Positions 24,861 through 37,199 of a stretch of DNA of 64,000 nt are shown in pieces. This DNA is from Podarcis gaigeae (Eukaryota): assembly GCA_964106915.2 (NCBI GenBank), contig OZ066918.1; one strand, given 5' to 3'. The notes beneath the pieces are model-generated. The model did no database searches. It saw nothing but the letters and a program-made list of their open reading frames with translations, and had not been told where the DNA came from. A program made the position numbers and the translations under genes. How positions within the stretch are numbered: the stretch's first letter is position 1; each line of letters begins with the position of its first letter.

Positions 24861-25419
24861 ACACCTTTTCTGTATAAAAATAAAACTTCCACTCACTTTA
24901 TTTACAGTCTAACAAAACAGGTTGTTTATTGCTGGAATAGCATAGGACAGAATTGGAAAGGAACCACATAGAAAAGTTTAAGGATGGAGTCTTGTTCAAC
25001 CCCATAATAACATATTTAACTCCCTAATCATCAGATGACTAGAGTTATGGTTGCATATTATTTCATATGTTGCCAGTTTAAAAAATTAGGAATATTTCTA
25101 CTGATCATGGATCTCTCATCCACACTCTACTGTAGATGGTAGAACTATATTGTCCCCTTACACCTCATATCTAAATGACTAACATTCTGCCTAATGTCAA
25201 AAACTGTACAGTTTTCTCCAATCATCCAAAACAATATGTGTTTTACATATCCAAGTGACACTGGAAGCAAGTTTAATAGTATGTAATATCTGATTATTAC
25301 TCTAGTAACCTTGAATAAGCAGAAACCAGGTAACATGAAGATTGTGTTCTCTCCCACAAGTCTACCCATGTATTAAGATTAGTTTCAATGGTCTTCTGAT
25401 AACTACTGAGTGGGGAGAT

Positions 25420-25612
25420 AGGATCTACCCCAGCTTTGGAATTCCCTCCTTATGGAAATTCACCTGACATCTATTCTGCTACCTTTTGGACACACCTGGT
25501 GAAACCCTCTAAATTTTCCTAAGCCGTGTTAACTTTTTTGGTTATAGTTTTCAGGTTTTTACTGCAAAATGCTCTGGGGATTCTTGGATTTTAAGGATTG
25601 CTTAAAATAAAT
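25420..25612 (+). mobile_element. L2-like 3' end
   Basis: ctttggaattccctcctt...attcacctg...taaaataaata, a typical L2 3' end pattern. Confidence 0.4.
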
Positions 25613-25617
25613 AACAT

Positions 25618-25792
25618 GTTCTAAGACTGGTTTCCAATATGGAAAAAAATATTTTGATAGTTCCATAAAATATGAGCAAGATTAGCTCACAGCCATCTCC
25701 ATCTCCATAAAATGTGGTACCCTTAGTGTATATAATCTGCATAATCTGAACAGAGTAAAGTGTTATCAGTACTAGATTTTAAATTTAAAACC
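25618..25792 (-). mobile_element. L1-like ORF2 C-terminal (Cys-rich) relic
   Basis: Reverse frames read FKFKI...HFTLFRL...ANLAHILWN...FPYWKPVL. Confidence 0.55.
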
Positions 25793-26595
25793 TTCCCCCC
25801 ATGTTCATACACAATACTAATCAAGGTATATGTTGCGATAATCAGATCCAAGAGTCATCTGTAGTAATTATACATTGCATACCTTTTGAGTTACTACTAG
25901 AAATGAATGTTTCTTAAGAATATACAGAAACATAAGTAATCTATGGGTTTTGTCAAACTTCATGATAGAGTAGAACCATTGAAATCAATGGACAGAGGTT
26001 AGTCATGAATAACTTGTCCATGAATTTCCATGAGTATATTCTGATTACAACTAAAATATAATAAGAGCCTATTGGATCAGGCTAAAGGCCAGCGGCAAAA
26101 CAAGATGCCTGCAGGAAAGCAGACCCTGAGTACAAAAACACTCCCCCCTCCTGTTGTTTCCATTAACTAGTTAAATACTAACCTAAAAAGCTGTTCAATT
26201 TAGTGTACAGTTTAATACTATTGACCTGTACTAGCAAGTCTAATGGGATATAATATTTTGCCCATGTCTGAATATTTCCTAAAACAAAAGCATATTGCCA
26301 TTAAGGACAAATCATAAACTTACACTATGTAACCTAAATCCATGAATCAGATCTGAATACACACACCCACACCCATATTGTATATTTTAATGGCATGCAC
26401 ATTCATTTTTATTTTAAAGAGTGCTAACTATTATCCTGGAACGTTTTCTTGCCCAAACAAAACAGCACTCTACTCAGAATTAAGTTCCATTGAGTTCAGT
26501 GGAGCTTACTGTCGGGTAAATCACCTGCAGTCCCTATATACACAAACCTAAGAGTAAGGCCTGCACTGAATTCAGTTGAAATTCAGTTCTGAGTA

Positions 26596-26821
26596 CAGTG
26601 GTACCTCGGATTACATACGCTTCAGGTTACAGACTCCGCTAACCCAGAAATAGTACCTTGGGTTAAGAACTTTGCTTCAGGATGAGAACAGAAATTGTGC
26701 TCTGGTGGCGCAGCAGCAGCAGGAGGCCCCATTAGCTAAAGTGGTGTTTCAGGTTAAGAACAGTTTCAGGTTAAGAACGGACCTCCGGAACGAATTAAGT
26801 ACTTAACCTGAGGTACCACTG
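26596..26821 (+). mobile_element. Tc1/mariner (Tigger-like) MITE, 226 bp
   Basis: TIR cagtggtacctc / gaggtaccactg, flanked by TA on both sides. Confidence 0.93.
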
Positions 26822-27199
26822 TAGATGTTCATAGAGTTGTGCTATAATTTAATTCCACTTTTTGGCATGATGTCAAAATCTGAGTGTTCAACAGCAAAAT
26901 TACTATCCTAGGTATTTTGCTCATTTTGACAATGCAAAATTCAGTTCAATTCATAGGTCACCTGAACAAATCTACTTTAATCTTCCATATTCTCAGTATT
27001 GTGCTTTTTCTGAATATGTTTATCTAGTTCTTGGTTAATCCTAATATCTAACTATTGCCTCTCTCCCGGAGATAAAGCAGATTTTTGAAATGTCATCCTT
27101 ACTACTTCTGCTCATACTATGGTCCCTCAGATTATTACAGCTCCCGTCATCCTTCATGTAAGTGTTCAGTGAAGGAAGGATTCCAGGCATAAGGAACAT

Positions 27200-27685
27200 C
27201 AAGAAAGAAAGAATTTCTATTTCTCAAATAAAGTAATATCATCAGCAGATTTAGTTTTTTTAAGTCACCCCTGCCCACTTTTGTCTGTTCAGTATTAATG
27301 TTGTCTCCAATAGCAATGGTTAAAAAGCTCCTGTTGATAAAATGGAAAAATGGAGAAAGTTGACATCCTAGTTTTGAACCTCTGTGCAACCAAAAAACAT
27401 CTGACAAAAACCCGTATCATTTTTAATGCTTCCCAGATGGTTAACCAACTCATGTCTGGTGCTGTATTTATATATATATAAATGCTCTGATCCTTCTGAC
27501 ACATTATGACTATCTCCTCATTCTGTAAGAATAAATTATATAGGCACCACATTCTATCTGTTGACTCACTACATTCTGTTTTCTACTCCAATATTAAGGG
27601 AGCAGATCCACATATATCTACAGTTTTATTGCTACCTTGCTCACTTTGGGGGTCAAGCCTGATTGTAATTCTTATCCACTGTTAC
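27200..27685 (-). mobile_element. L1-like ORF2 relic (EN end/linker joined to RT through an internal deletion)
   Basis: SAPLILE..MWCLYNLFLQ..INT..LTIWEALKMIR, then FWLHRGSKLGCQLSP (RGTRQGCPLSP) and an ADDILLYL-like motif. Confidence 0.7.
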
Positions 27686-27730
27686 ATTTAGTACTTACAT
27701 TCACAAATGGCACCAACAGCTGTAGAAGAG

Positions 27731-27822
27731 AGTGTCTTGTGAAAATGGTCTTGTGAAATGCGAATTGAAATGTTCTGTAGTGTCATGTGAAAATGGTCTT
27801 GTAAAATGCAAATTGAAATGTT
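27731..27822. repeat. Imperfect 48-bp tandem duplication
   Basis: agtgtc(t/a)tgtgaaaatggtcttgt(g/a)aaatgc(g/a)aattgaaatgtt x2. Confidence 0.9.
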
Positions 27823-27942
27823 TAAGTGCAAGGTGGCAAGTGTGCTATAAAAGTATAACTCTGAAGAATTAGAAATAGTCTCACATGGAACTGTGACATC
27901 AGATAGGATGGCCATGGTGGAAAAGAGGGTTAAAAACTGATA

Positions 27943-28159
27943 CAGTGGAACCTCAGTTGTTGAACAGAATCATTCCGGAAAACTGTTTGACTTCCAAAAC
28001 TTTCAACAACGGAGGTGCAATTGCTGGTTGGCAAAATCCATTGAAAAAATGGAGAAATGTGCCTCGGAAGTCGAAAACGGAAGCATTCACTCCGGGTTGT
28101 TGGCGTTCAAAAGTTGAAACATTTGACTTCCGAAGCATTCGACAACCGAGGTTCCACTA
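27943..28159. mobile_element. Tc1/mariner (Tigger-like) MITE, second family
   Basis: TIR cagtggaacctc / gaggttccacta, TA TSD. Confidence 0.88.
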
Positions 28160-28239
28160 TATAGAGAGAGTCACTTCCCGGGCCCTCACACACCAATTTA
28201 ACATTTCCTGGCTACTGCATATTATTGTTATTGTTATTA

Positions 28240-28481
28240 CAGTGGTACCTCAGGTTACATAAGCTTCAAGTTACATACGCTTCAGGTTACAGACTCCGCT
28301 AATCCAGAAATATTACCTCAGGTTAAGAACTTTGCTTCAGGATGAGAACAGAAATCGTGCTCTGGCGGTGTGGCGGCAGCAGGAGGCCCCATTAGCTAAA
28401 GTGGTGCTTCAGGTTAAGAACAGTTTCAGGTTAAGAACAGACCTCCGGAACGAATTAAGTACTTAACCCGAGGTACCACTG
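28240..28481 (+). mobile_element. Tc1/mariner MITE, 242 bp, same family as 26596
   Basis: TIR cagtggtacctc / gaggtaccactg, TA TSD, one extra internal 16-bp unit. Confidence 0.93.
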
Positions 28482-28529
28482 TACTTTGGTTTGACAATCA
28501 TTTTTATTGCATTCTGTTATTTATTTGAA

Positions 28530-28900
28530 CTTATTGCATATTTAAACATATACAAGACTAAAGAAAAAAGTATACATTTTAACATTTACGAAAACTTTGG
28601 TTGTGTGCGTGTGTGTAAAAACCAAAGAAGAAAATGTGAATGGACTTCCTTTCTTCCCTTTTCAGGGTTCTTTTTGTTAGCCTTCCTATCTGGATCTTCT
28701 GAGATTTCCAAACCCATCTTGTTACCTCTCTTAACCTCTTGTTTTAGCTTAAGCAGATGAACTTTACACAAAACCTGCTAAACTTTTCATCTATGTATAC
28801 TGGTTTCTTATATAATCTATAAATATTTTCCAATCCTCTTTGTATATTTTATCTTCCTGATTTCTTATTCTGCTGGCTACTGCAATTTCTATATGTTGCT
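28530..28900 (-). mobile_element. L1-like ORF2 end plus 3' UTR relic
   Basis: Reverse frame ..RIRNQEDKIYKEDWKIFIDYIR.., followed by a UTR-like segment. Confidence 0.5.
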
Positions 28901-29379
28901 TTTACTGGATTTTATAACTTTGTTGTTTTTATTGTGGTGGTTTAAATGAGAGATTGTATACAAATATTTTATTTTAAATAAATAAAATAAAAACATTTTA
29001 TCTTCATGGTTCAGGGATAGATTACCATCCCCTCAGTCAGAGTGACTAGTGACCCTACAGATTTTTCTTTTTTTCCACTGTGTCAGATAAAACAGTGCAT
29101 GCTTGACTAGTTACTTCCTTTTCTACAGATGCTTCTTGCAGTGCATGATACAGTTTTTGACCAGGTTTGTAAGAAGATTCCAGGTCCACTAACATGAATA
29201 GGACCTTTGTCATTGACTTCCATGGGATGTGAATTGCACCAGTTTGCCTAAGTTGGTGGCCATCGCTGCATTTTATGGTAATGATTGCCATTGTTTAACT
29301 ATGCACTCTATGAAGATGCCTTTCCTATTGTATGTCCTTATTCTTCCACCACTCAGCTTCATTGGATGATACTGGGTTC

Positions 29380-29790
29380 TAGCATTATGAGAGAACAGAA
29401 AAAAAACTTCTCTCTATCCACTTTCTCCATGTCAACTCTGTCATGCCCGTTTCCGTTCATGAACTAAAAAGCCCTAAATGTGTTTTTTCTTATAGGAAAG
29501 TTACACATGCCCCCTGATAATTTTGGTTGCCCTTTTCTGAAACTTTTCAGGTTCTACAGCATCCTTTTTGAGATGCATTGACCAAAACTATATGGAACTA
29601 TAAAGACATTTCAATATTGAAAATTTTATTTTCTATTGCCTTCCCAACGATCCCCAACATAGATCTTGCCTTTTTCACAGCTGCCTCACACTGGGTTGAC
29701 ATTTTCTTTGAGCTGTCCACCATGACCACAATAACTCTTTCTTGGTCAGTTACCACTAGGTCAGACTCCTTCAGCACATATGAGCCCCTC
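29380..29790 (-). mobile_element. Old CR1-like fragment
   Basis: gataattttggttgcccttttctga and tttttcacagctgcctcacactggg are the reverse of the CR1 'QRRATK' and 'QC.AAVKKA' regions. Confidence 0.7.
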
Positions 29791-30019
29791 TAGCCTGGTG
29801 TTTTATTGTGGGTGTGTTCTGCACAATGTTCTTGACACAATACAACACATCAGTTGTATATTTACTCTGCTTTATGAGTTGTTCTTCAATGCTTGCCCAT
29901 TGCTGCTACTGTGTGTAGGGGCTATAATGCAACAAAAACAGAACCCCTCAGAACATTTGTGTTATGAAAAGTTACAGGATTTCATAAGGAAGTTACATAA
30001 GCATTGAGAAATCAAGCAG

Positions 30020-30310
30020 TATGACCACTCCAAAACTTAAACTTAAGTTAAAAAGCACTGGTCTCAGTGCCAATCCTTGGGAGAACCCACTGTTTATATC
30101 TGCCCATTGTGAGTACTGTTCATTTCTTCCTACTCTCTTTTCCCTGTTCTTTAGCCACTTACCATAAAAGTAATCCATAAAAGGATGTCTCCCTTTTATC
30201 CTATGGATAACTCGGGAGTTTTTAGCAAGGAGATTTATGGAAAGCTTTTTGAAACTTATTGTATACAACATCTACTTGAATATTCTCTCAAGTATTTTTA
30301 AAAGGTTAGA
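30020..30310 (-). mobile_element. Old CR1-like RT fragment
   Basis: WLKNREKRVGRNEQYSQWADINSGFSQGLALRPVLFNL, a degenerate [14 protein letters not shown]. Confidence 0.75.
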
Positions 30311-31299
30311 CTTACCTTTGGATCCAGGGCAGTGTTATGTTACTGCTAGGAATAACATTCCATTTTTAAATTTTATTTTTATTTTATTGGTTGATTGGCA
30401 AGTTGTAGGCAATTGTGGGAATTCTCTGCAATGTTCAGTGTAGAACTGAACTATGACGGCCTTTCTCTTCAAACTGCAACTGTGTTCCAGGCCTTCAATG
30501 CCTTTTGGTGCAACAGAGCATTGGATATATTCCATGCCTTTGCCATTTCATTAAATGTTTGCTTTCCTGGAAACTCCAGAACGACGCAGGACTGAGTGAT
30601 GGGTGTGTTTACAAGTCAACAGGTGGGAAAGAGAGAAATGAAACTGCCACAAGGGTTGAAAACTCACAGGAAATTGATTGCTTGTTGTTGCAAGAAAGGC
30701 ATGGGTCCCCATTGCTAGTTCAAAAGTGCACTCCAGTTGTTTGACAGGCAAATCAAAGGGAAGGCCATACAGTGTGGCAAAAGTGTTTGATCACAAAACC
30801 AGCAGCACAGGCTGCAAGCCTGAGGGGAGCCCAAAGACCGCATGCAGAATAGAAAGTGCTAACAGTAGCCAGAGGAGCAACTCCTACAGCTGCTGTACTC
30901 TCCTGTACAGACAATCCACCGTCCTAATAGACATGCTGCTCTCCCAACTTGACGAGCCCATCACATAGGATTTGTGAAAATGGTATCAGTTCATTCTGCA
31001 CCCCTTCACCATCTGGCAAAACCCAAGAAAACAATTAATGGCTATCAGTGCTTGCAAATCCAGCACATGGTCTGGAAAGAATTGCAAAGAGAGATAAATA
31101 ATGTGCTATATCTCATTATTTCAATGGCTCTTCCTTTTCCAGGCTCAAGTACAGGAGAAGACTAGCAGGCCAAGTGGAGTGGGAGCAGCAGGGAAGAGGG
31201 AAAAAGGAAAAGGGTTAAGAATACAAAAGGAGACCAGGCAAGTAGTGCACCTCAGGGACCAGTCAAAGCAGGGGAAAATGCTAACCCTCAAAGTGTCCT

Positions 31300-31640
31300 C
31301 AACTTAAGCTTCATTAAAACAAAACAAAAATGATCTAAAACAGCACATGAAGGGAGGGGATAGGAGATCATGATGTCTCAGTTGAAAAGAAATCAGATAG
31401 CACCAGGCAAATCTCTCTCAGTAGGAAGTTCTGAGATGGGGCACCACAAGTGAAAAGGCCTTATTTCTCTAGTCATCATCTGCCCTAATTCCAGTGGCAG
31501 GGGGACCTACAGAAGGCCTCTGAGGAGGATCTTAATGTTGAAGCAGATTCATATGGGAGAAGAGAGGCCTCTAGATCCCCAGCTACCAAGCCATTTAGTT
31601 CAAAACAGCACTTTGAATTGTGCTTGGAAACTTCCAGTCT
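31300..31640 (-). mobile_element. L2-type 3' relic
   Basis: gttctgagatggggcaccacaagtgaaaaggcc...cagcactttgaattgtgcttggaa, a typical L2 3' region. Confidence 0.6.
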
Positions 31641-34600
31641 GAGTCCAGTTTGAGGAAAAGTCAGTTTAAAAAGTCTTGGGTGAGCCACAGGGTAGAATTC
31701 ACAGGCATTTCTCACCTGCTGATGTTCTCTCCTGCTTTTGCCCTCCACCAAACCCAGAATTAAAGTGTTCTCAGACAAACTCAGATTGAAAATCCTGGGT
31801 TGCCTCTTAACATACAAGTTCTGCCCTGGGAATAAAATACGATACACCTGCCGGTGCTAGAAATTAGTGCTATGAAGTAGCAAGTGAGTGGCTGATTTGA
31901 TCCTCAAAACTGTACCCCCAATTCATAAGGAGACATATGATTGGTGTTCTGCAGGGGTCTTTGGCAGCACAATTAATTGTTTTACTCAAGTACAACCAGG
32001 TTTCCACCTTTTCCTGTTAGATCAGCTCTAAATTCTGCCTGTAATCCGAAATGAGCTGGTTATTTTCTTTCTTTTTTTGCTAGCTATAGTTACACCCTGA
32101 GTTTGTAGCCTGGGGTCAAGCTGCCCAAACTTCTGGGACCACCAGCAGGGCTATCCAATACATTTTAATTCTCTCGGGTTTACTCTGGCCTAACGTATAA
32201 GGTTCATGATAAATGGTGAGAACCCTGTCTTTCACTGGAAACAAAACTAAAGCTTTTCATTCACCTGCCTGCAGAGGCGGTCTGGGAAAACATGAGGGAG
32301 AGAGCAGTCCTAATGGTTTTGAAACCACAAGAGAAAAACAATCCCTCCTCAAACTTTGCTTGTTCAACAAAATAGTTTCCTGAACTACCATAGCAATAAT
32401 AACTTCAGGCAGAGAAAGAAGACTACCAAAACCAAAACTAGCTTATCTCCGCCACCTTGCCCGCTCCACCAGTGCCAATCCCACTGCCCAGGAATGGTGA
32501 AAGGGCGCCGGAGGGAAATTGGCTGCCAGGTTTTCCATCTCTGCTGTTGTTTACATGGAACTGTCTGAAGTCTCGTTCAGCAGAATAAGAGAAAACGAGC
32601 CTTTTAATTCCCCAATAAACTCTGTGCCACAGTGTGAGTCATTGTTTGCTTTTTTTACATTGGCTGGGAAGGGCCTTCTGGTTTTAATAACTAATACTGC
32701 TGAGTTCAATAAAAAGCCTTTAATTTAATTTAACCCAAGCTTTGATTAATGCCAGCTTCCCCAGGAATTTTATCTTTGCTTTAACTTGAGTCACCATGTT
32801 AAATAGGAGGGAAAAAGGAGACAGAAAGGGACAGGAGTCAATTAGTTCCTGTGCTCATTTCTGGGTAAAAGGCTGGAAAATGGAAGATTGACAGGTAAAT
32901 GCCAAGAGTCAAATCCTTGTTCCTCTGAGCAGTTTATTCACAGAGAATCTAATGTTTTCCTTAGTCTTGAGGGGGGGAAACTCCACACTGAACGGTTCAC
33001 AGTTCAGTTTGGAAAATACAATATTCCGGGGCCAATTAAGATCAGATTTCCTTGCTGGAAGTATATTGCTTTTAATGTGTTAATATTCCAGAGATATGCT
33101 ACTGTATAATTGGACACAGAGAGCCCTTAAAACTAGAATGTTAAAACATTAAAACAGACAATCTTGTGCATGGACCTGTAAACAGTTACAGAGGGAAAAG
33201 ATCTGAGAAAAGCCCAAGAGGAGACCCTCTTCTCTCCTCCATCCCATGTGCATATGAGAAAAATTGGTGTGTTTTTATGCTGCACTTAAAAGAACACAGC
33301 AAGAGAAGTAATACTGCACAGACTAGAAGTGCCAGAACAGCCTGTGAGTGTGAGGAACATGAGATTCTTCTCCTAGGCCTTGGCATCATATTTGGATTTG
33401 AGAGTTGCCTTGTTGAATCCGCTCAGATGGTAAAGGGATAGCTCTCTTGCAAAGGTCTATCAGTTACATTCCTCCTTCTGGTAATGCAATTTCTTCCTTT
33501 CTGCTATTAGGAACAGTGTGGGAAAGCTGTATTTTTGAGAACTAAGTTCATTAAGTTCAGACAGCTTAGGGTCAGGAATTAAAGGGTCTGCAGGAAAAAA
33601 AATCTAATGGTTGCAGGCAGCACAGACAGGCACATTGTTTTGGTCCCTTTGTTTTCCAGTGCCACATGGCCAAACGGCCTGGTTAGTCACAATTGCTCTA
33701 GCACAATGACCTTATGTAAGGCAGGTAACTTCACTTGCAAAATGAGGTTGCCTACCTCTTGGCACAGTGCCCAGCATGCAGTCACCAGAGCCAGAAAGCC
33801 TACCAATGAGCTATACAAGCATGCAGCATGTTCAGGACAAATGGACTGCATACTAGTAGCAAGAAGATGTGATGGGTGAAAGGGGTGTCTCTTACAAGAC
33901 TTAACATGGCTAAATATATTTTAACAGAGATTCCTGAGCTTCTTTCTCATCTCAGGAAACATGGTGATGCCCTCTCTCTTGCATACACTCAGTTCTAGAG
34001 AAGCCTGTCAAATCTGTGACCCACATATGTATGGTGACAAAAAAATGTATTAAAATCTGCTTCCATTTCACCTAAACAATCTGGTGCAAAACAGAGGACA
34101 AGCTTATTTATAGGACAGAGCTACCACCATCCTCTATAAAAGAAGGTAGATCCTGCTCACCATTCCCTTATCAGATTGCTGTCCTATATTTCTTGGCTCT
34201 TTTCAATGACTTTTAAAGTCATAGTGTGCATGTCTGAAAAAGTGTCAAGACAAGATGCGTGATTCTTGTTCTAATACTTGAATCTTCCACTTCTATACAT
34301 GATGGAAAGATGATGACAATTATTTATGAGCACATTAGAGGTCTATTAGTGACCACCTGCACCATCCTGGTGTCTTCAAATCATTACAACTGAAAGCGTT
34401 GCTATTTTATATTTAAGCCTTGCTAGAAAACTGCTACCAGACCTGAGATTCGGGAATAGAAAGGGCAGCAAATAAAAATGAATAATAACATTATTAAACA
34501 CATCCCCAATCATGTATGGTGCTGACTATCATAACATTTCCAAACAATAATTGAACAACATGCAGGAGAAGACTCACATTACAGGCGCACACCCCACCAT

Positions 34601-34851
34601 GGGAAGGTATATAACCCAGCAGGGGTTCAGGGTCTCCCTGTTGCTGCAACTACTCCACACAGCCTAGACCTGTGGACAGCTGCCTAGAGGCTCAGAAAAA
34701 TGTGTGCATGTGTATCTGGAGCACTCTGGAAGCTGCTGCAAGTGTTCCTCCTGTCAATAAAGAGTTAACTATCAGAAGTGTGCCTTCCTTGGCTATGGCG
34801 GGCCAGGACACCTGTTCAGTTATAAACCAGGGGATGTGGATGAGAGATTCT

Positions 34852-34892
34852 GTATGTATGTATGTATGTATGTATATATATATATGTATGTA
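34852..34892. repeat. (TATG)n/(TA)n microsatellite
   Basis: Direct reading of the sequence. Confidence 0.9.
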
Positions 34893-34897
34893 TTTCA

Positions 34898-35484
34898 AGT
34901 GAGGGGAATTGAATCCTCCCTTACTGCACCACACACCTTCACTGCAGGATTTTCTCTTAACTTTTTCATTTTTCCAATCTTAAATTTAGGCCTGCACAGT
35001 TCCACATCACTTTGCTTGGGTTTTTTGTGTTTATTTAAAGTTATCATGGAAATTCATCAGCATTTCAGTATGATTTTCTCCTAATATACATATTTTTGCA
35101 GAGCAGTTTCCCTAATATAATACACCATGGGCATAGCCATGGGGGGGGCAGGGAGGGGCAGCTGTTCTCCTAAATTAACAAAAATCAATATAAATACATA
35201 GCTAACTGAGGTTCTGCCCCACCAACAAAAGGCCTAACCCCCAACAAAAACCCTGCCTACTCCCATGTAATACACTGCTGTATGTTATTTTCACAAATAT
35301 ATCTATCTTTATGCACACTTTCCCTCCAGTTTATGCATTTCTGTACACATTATTTGACTGCATTGCAAAATTTGGAAAAGTGCACATGGCAAAGGATGGC
35401 TGTTTTGGTTCCTGTATTTTTTCCAGAAAGTGAAAATCTGCTAGGTAGGTTCACCTTTAAAAGCGAATTTTTATCCCATCTCTA
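34898..35484 (+). mobile_element. Old hAT-type MITE (TAGGGATG-like TIR family), interrupted by a younger MITE
   Basis: Colinear similarity with 55827-56229 and 60177-60662. Right end cccatctcta. Confidence 0.65.
35126..35267. mobile_element. hAT MITE (142 bp) with perfect 8-bp TSD
   Basis: TIRs catgggcatagcca / tgcctactcccatg. TSD taatacac at 35118-35125 and 35268-35275. Confidence 0.88.
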
Positions 35485-35639
35485 CTGGTGGGCAAATTCA
35501 CACATTTTTTGGAAAGATTAGTCACAACAAACAGAGAAACAGTCCAAACAAACTCTCAGATTCTTACTGGGCAAGTAAAGTTCCATGGTCTTTAACAGCC
35601 CAAACGTACATTCTTGTATAATTGCAAGGCAAGGCTACT

Positions 35640-35925
35640 CTCTCAAGACAGCTGGTTATTGCTTAGATAAGGATGTCTGTAGCCAACTACCACTTGAGGC
35701 AGAAGAATAGGTTCGAAGCTTGCATCTGAATTATATGTCCTCGCCACAAGAGGTTTATCCAAATCAGAGTTTGCAAGCACTTGAACTTGGGACAGTATTT
35801 GCTTAATGGCTCCAAATCCCATCTGGCACTTTTCAGCCCCAAAGAACCTGTCATGCAAATGCTTTTTTCATGCATTAGTGATAGGGGATATCGCAGCACT
35901 TAAGTCTTTGATAAAGCATCCCTAG
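35640..35925 (-). mobile_element. Gypsy pol relic (RT/RNase H junction)
   Basis: FGAIKQILSQVQVLANSDLDKPLV...SDAS resembles the F..IK..L.....LAH.D..KPL...DAS motif. Confidence 0.55.
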
Positions 35926-37013
35926 TACTTTGCCAGCTCAATAAAAGATAGAGCGTCTTTCTTTGTCTTCTTTCCAACCCACTGTCATTTGTAGGGAACT
36001 TGAGCCTTTCCCAATCACATTTGGCCACTTGGGCAGAAAGCCCATCTTCCCCAGAATTGTGTGTGTGTCATGTATACAGTACTCCCATAAATGGCTAAAT
36101 ATAGCAATCTCTCTTGAGGTTCCATGCACAATTCTATGAATGTACAGTCATCTAGCATAGAAGGAATTGCAGTAAAGTCATGCAGAATCATACTAGTGAC
36201 TTTTGCTGTATTTTGGACTCGAGAAATTTGCTAAAAGGTTTTGGTCAAATCAAGGGTGGTCCTCCTGAATTCACTGATTATTAAGTATCAAACCAGTCCT
36301 AAGTGTGCAGTGGAAGAGATATATCTGGAACTGAGGTCCCCTTCATTTTCCACTATGTATTGAACTTCTTGGATCTAAATATATTTTAAATTGTAAACCA
36401 CTTTGGGTGTCTTGGCAGACACACTGTATATACATGTAACAAATAGACATCCTGCATTTTATCTCCTTATAAAAAAATAAACCTGCCTCCATTCAGTGCA
36501 GGAAAGATTCAGATCACAGCCCCTAAATATATATTTTTTAGAACAAATTAAATGAAATTAGGAAGGAAGGTTCATAAAGTGATAAGCTAATATTAGGGAA
36601 GAACAAAGGAACAGCTTTGCAGCTGTTCTACACTCTCATGTGTATTCACTCCAAATATTTCTTTTAATATCCAAGATTTGCAAAAAGATGGGCATGGAGG
36701 CTGGGAGCTTTGTGTTGCTTCATGTAATCACAGTACAAACAAAATCCTGTAGAGGCCTGTGACACTCTAATGCAACTGCTTATCACAAAAAAATCACTAA
36801 AATAATTAACTGGAAAGTACTTGCACTTTGCTAGGACAAAATATTGGAACCTGCAAGAAGCTCTTGAAGTGTGGACTACTCAAAGTTCCAGCCACTCCAT
36901 TCGATTCCATTCCTCCCCTGAACAACGATATTCTGTACCTACTTAGTATGCTCAGTTCTCATTGGACTGTTTTGGGGTCCTTCCCCTTAAGAGTTCTTTC
37001 AGAAGGGTGTGGG

Positions 37014-37172
37014 CAGTGGCGTAGCGTGGGGGGTGCAGGGGGGGCCGGGCGCACCGGGCGCAACATCTGGGGGTTAGGGTTAGGGGGCGCAAATCCACGG
37101 GTTAGGGGGCACAAATCCACGGGTTAGGGGTGCAAATTACTTGCCTTGCTGACAACCCACACTACGCCACTG
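37014..37172. mobile_element. hAT MITE (159 bp) containing TTAGGG-based internal repeats
   Basis: TIR cagtggcgtag / ctacgccactg. Perfect 8-bp TSD ggtgtggg at 37006-37013 and 37173-37180. Confidence 0.92.
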
Positions 37173-37199
37173 GGTGTGGGTGGGTGGGTGTGCATGCAT

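Noticed and set aside
24300-35925. Gypsy gag (24.3-24.9 kb) and pol (35.6-35.9 kb) as one provirus
   Set aside because: On the minus strand pol would precede gag, and no paired LTRs were found.
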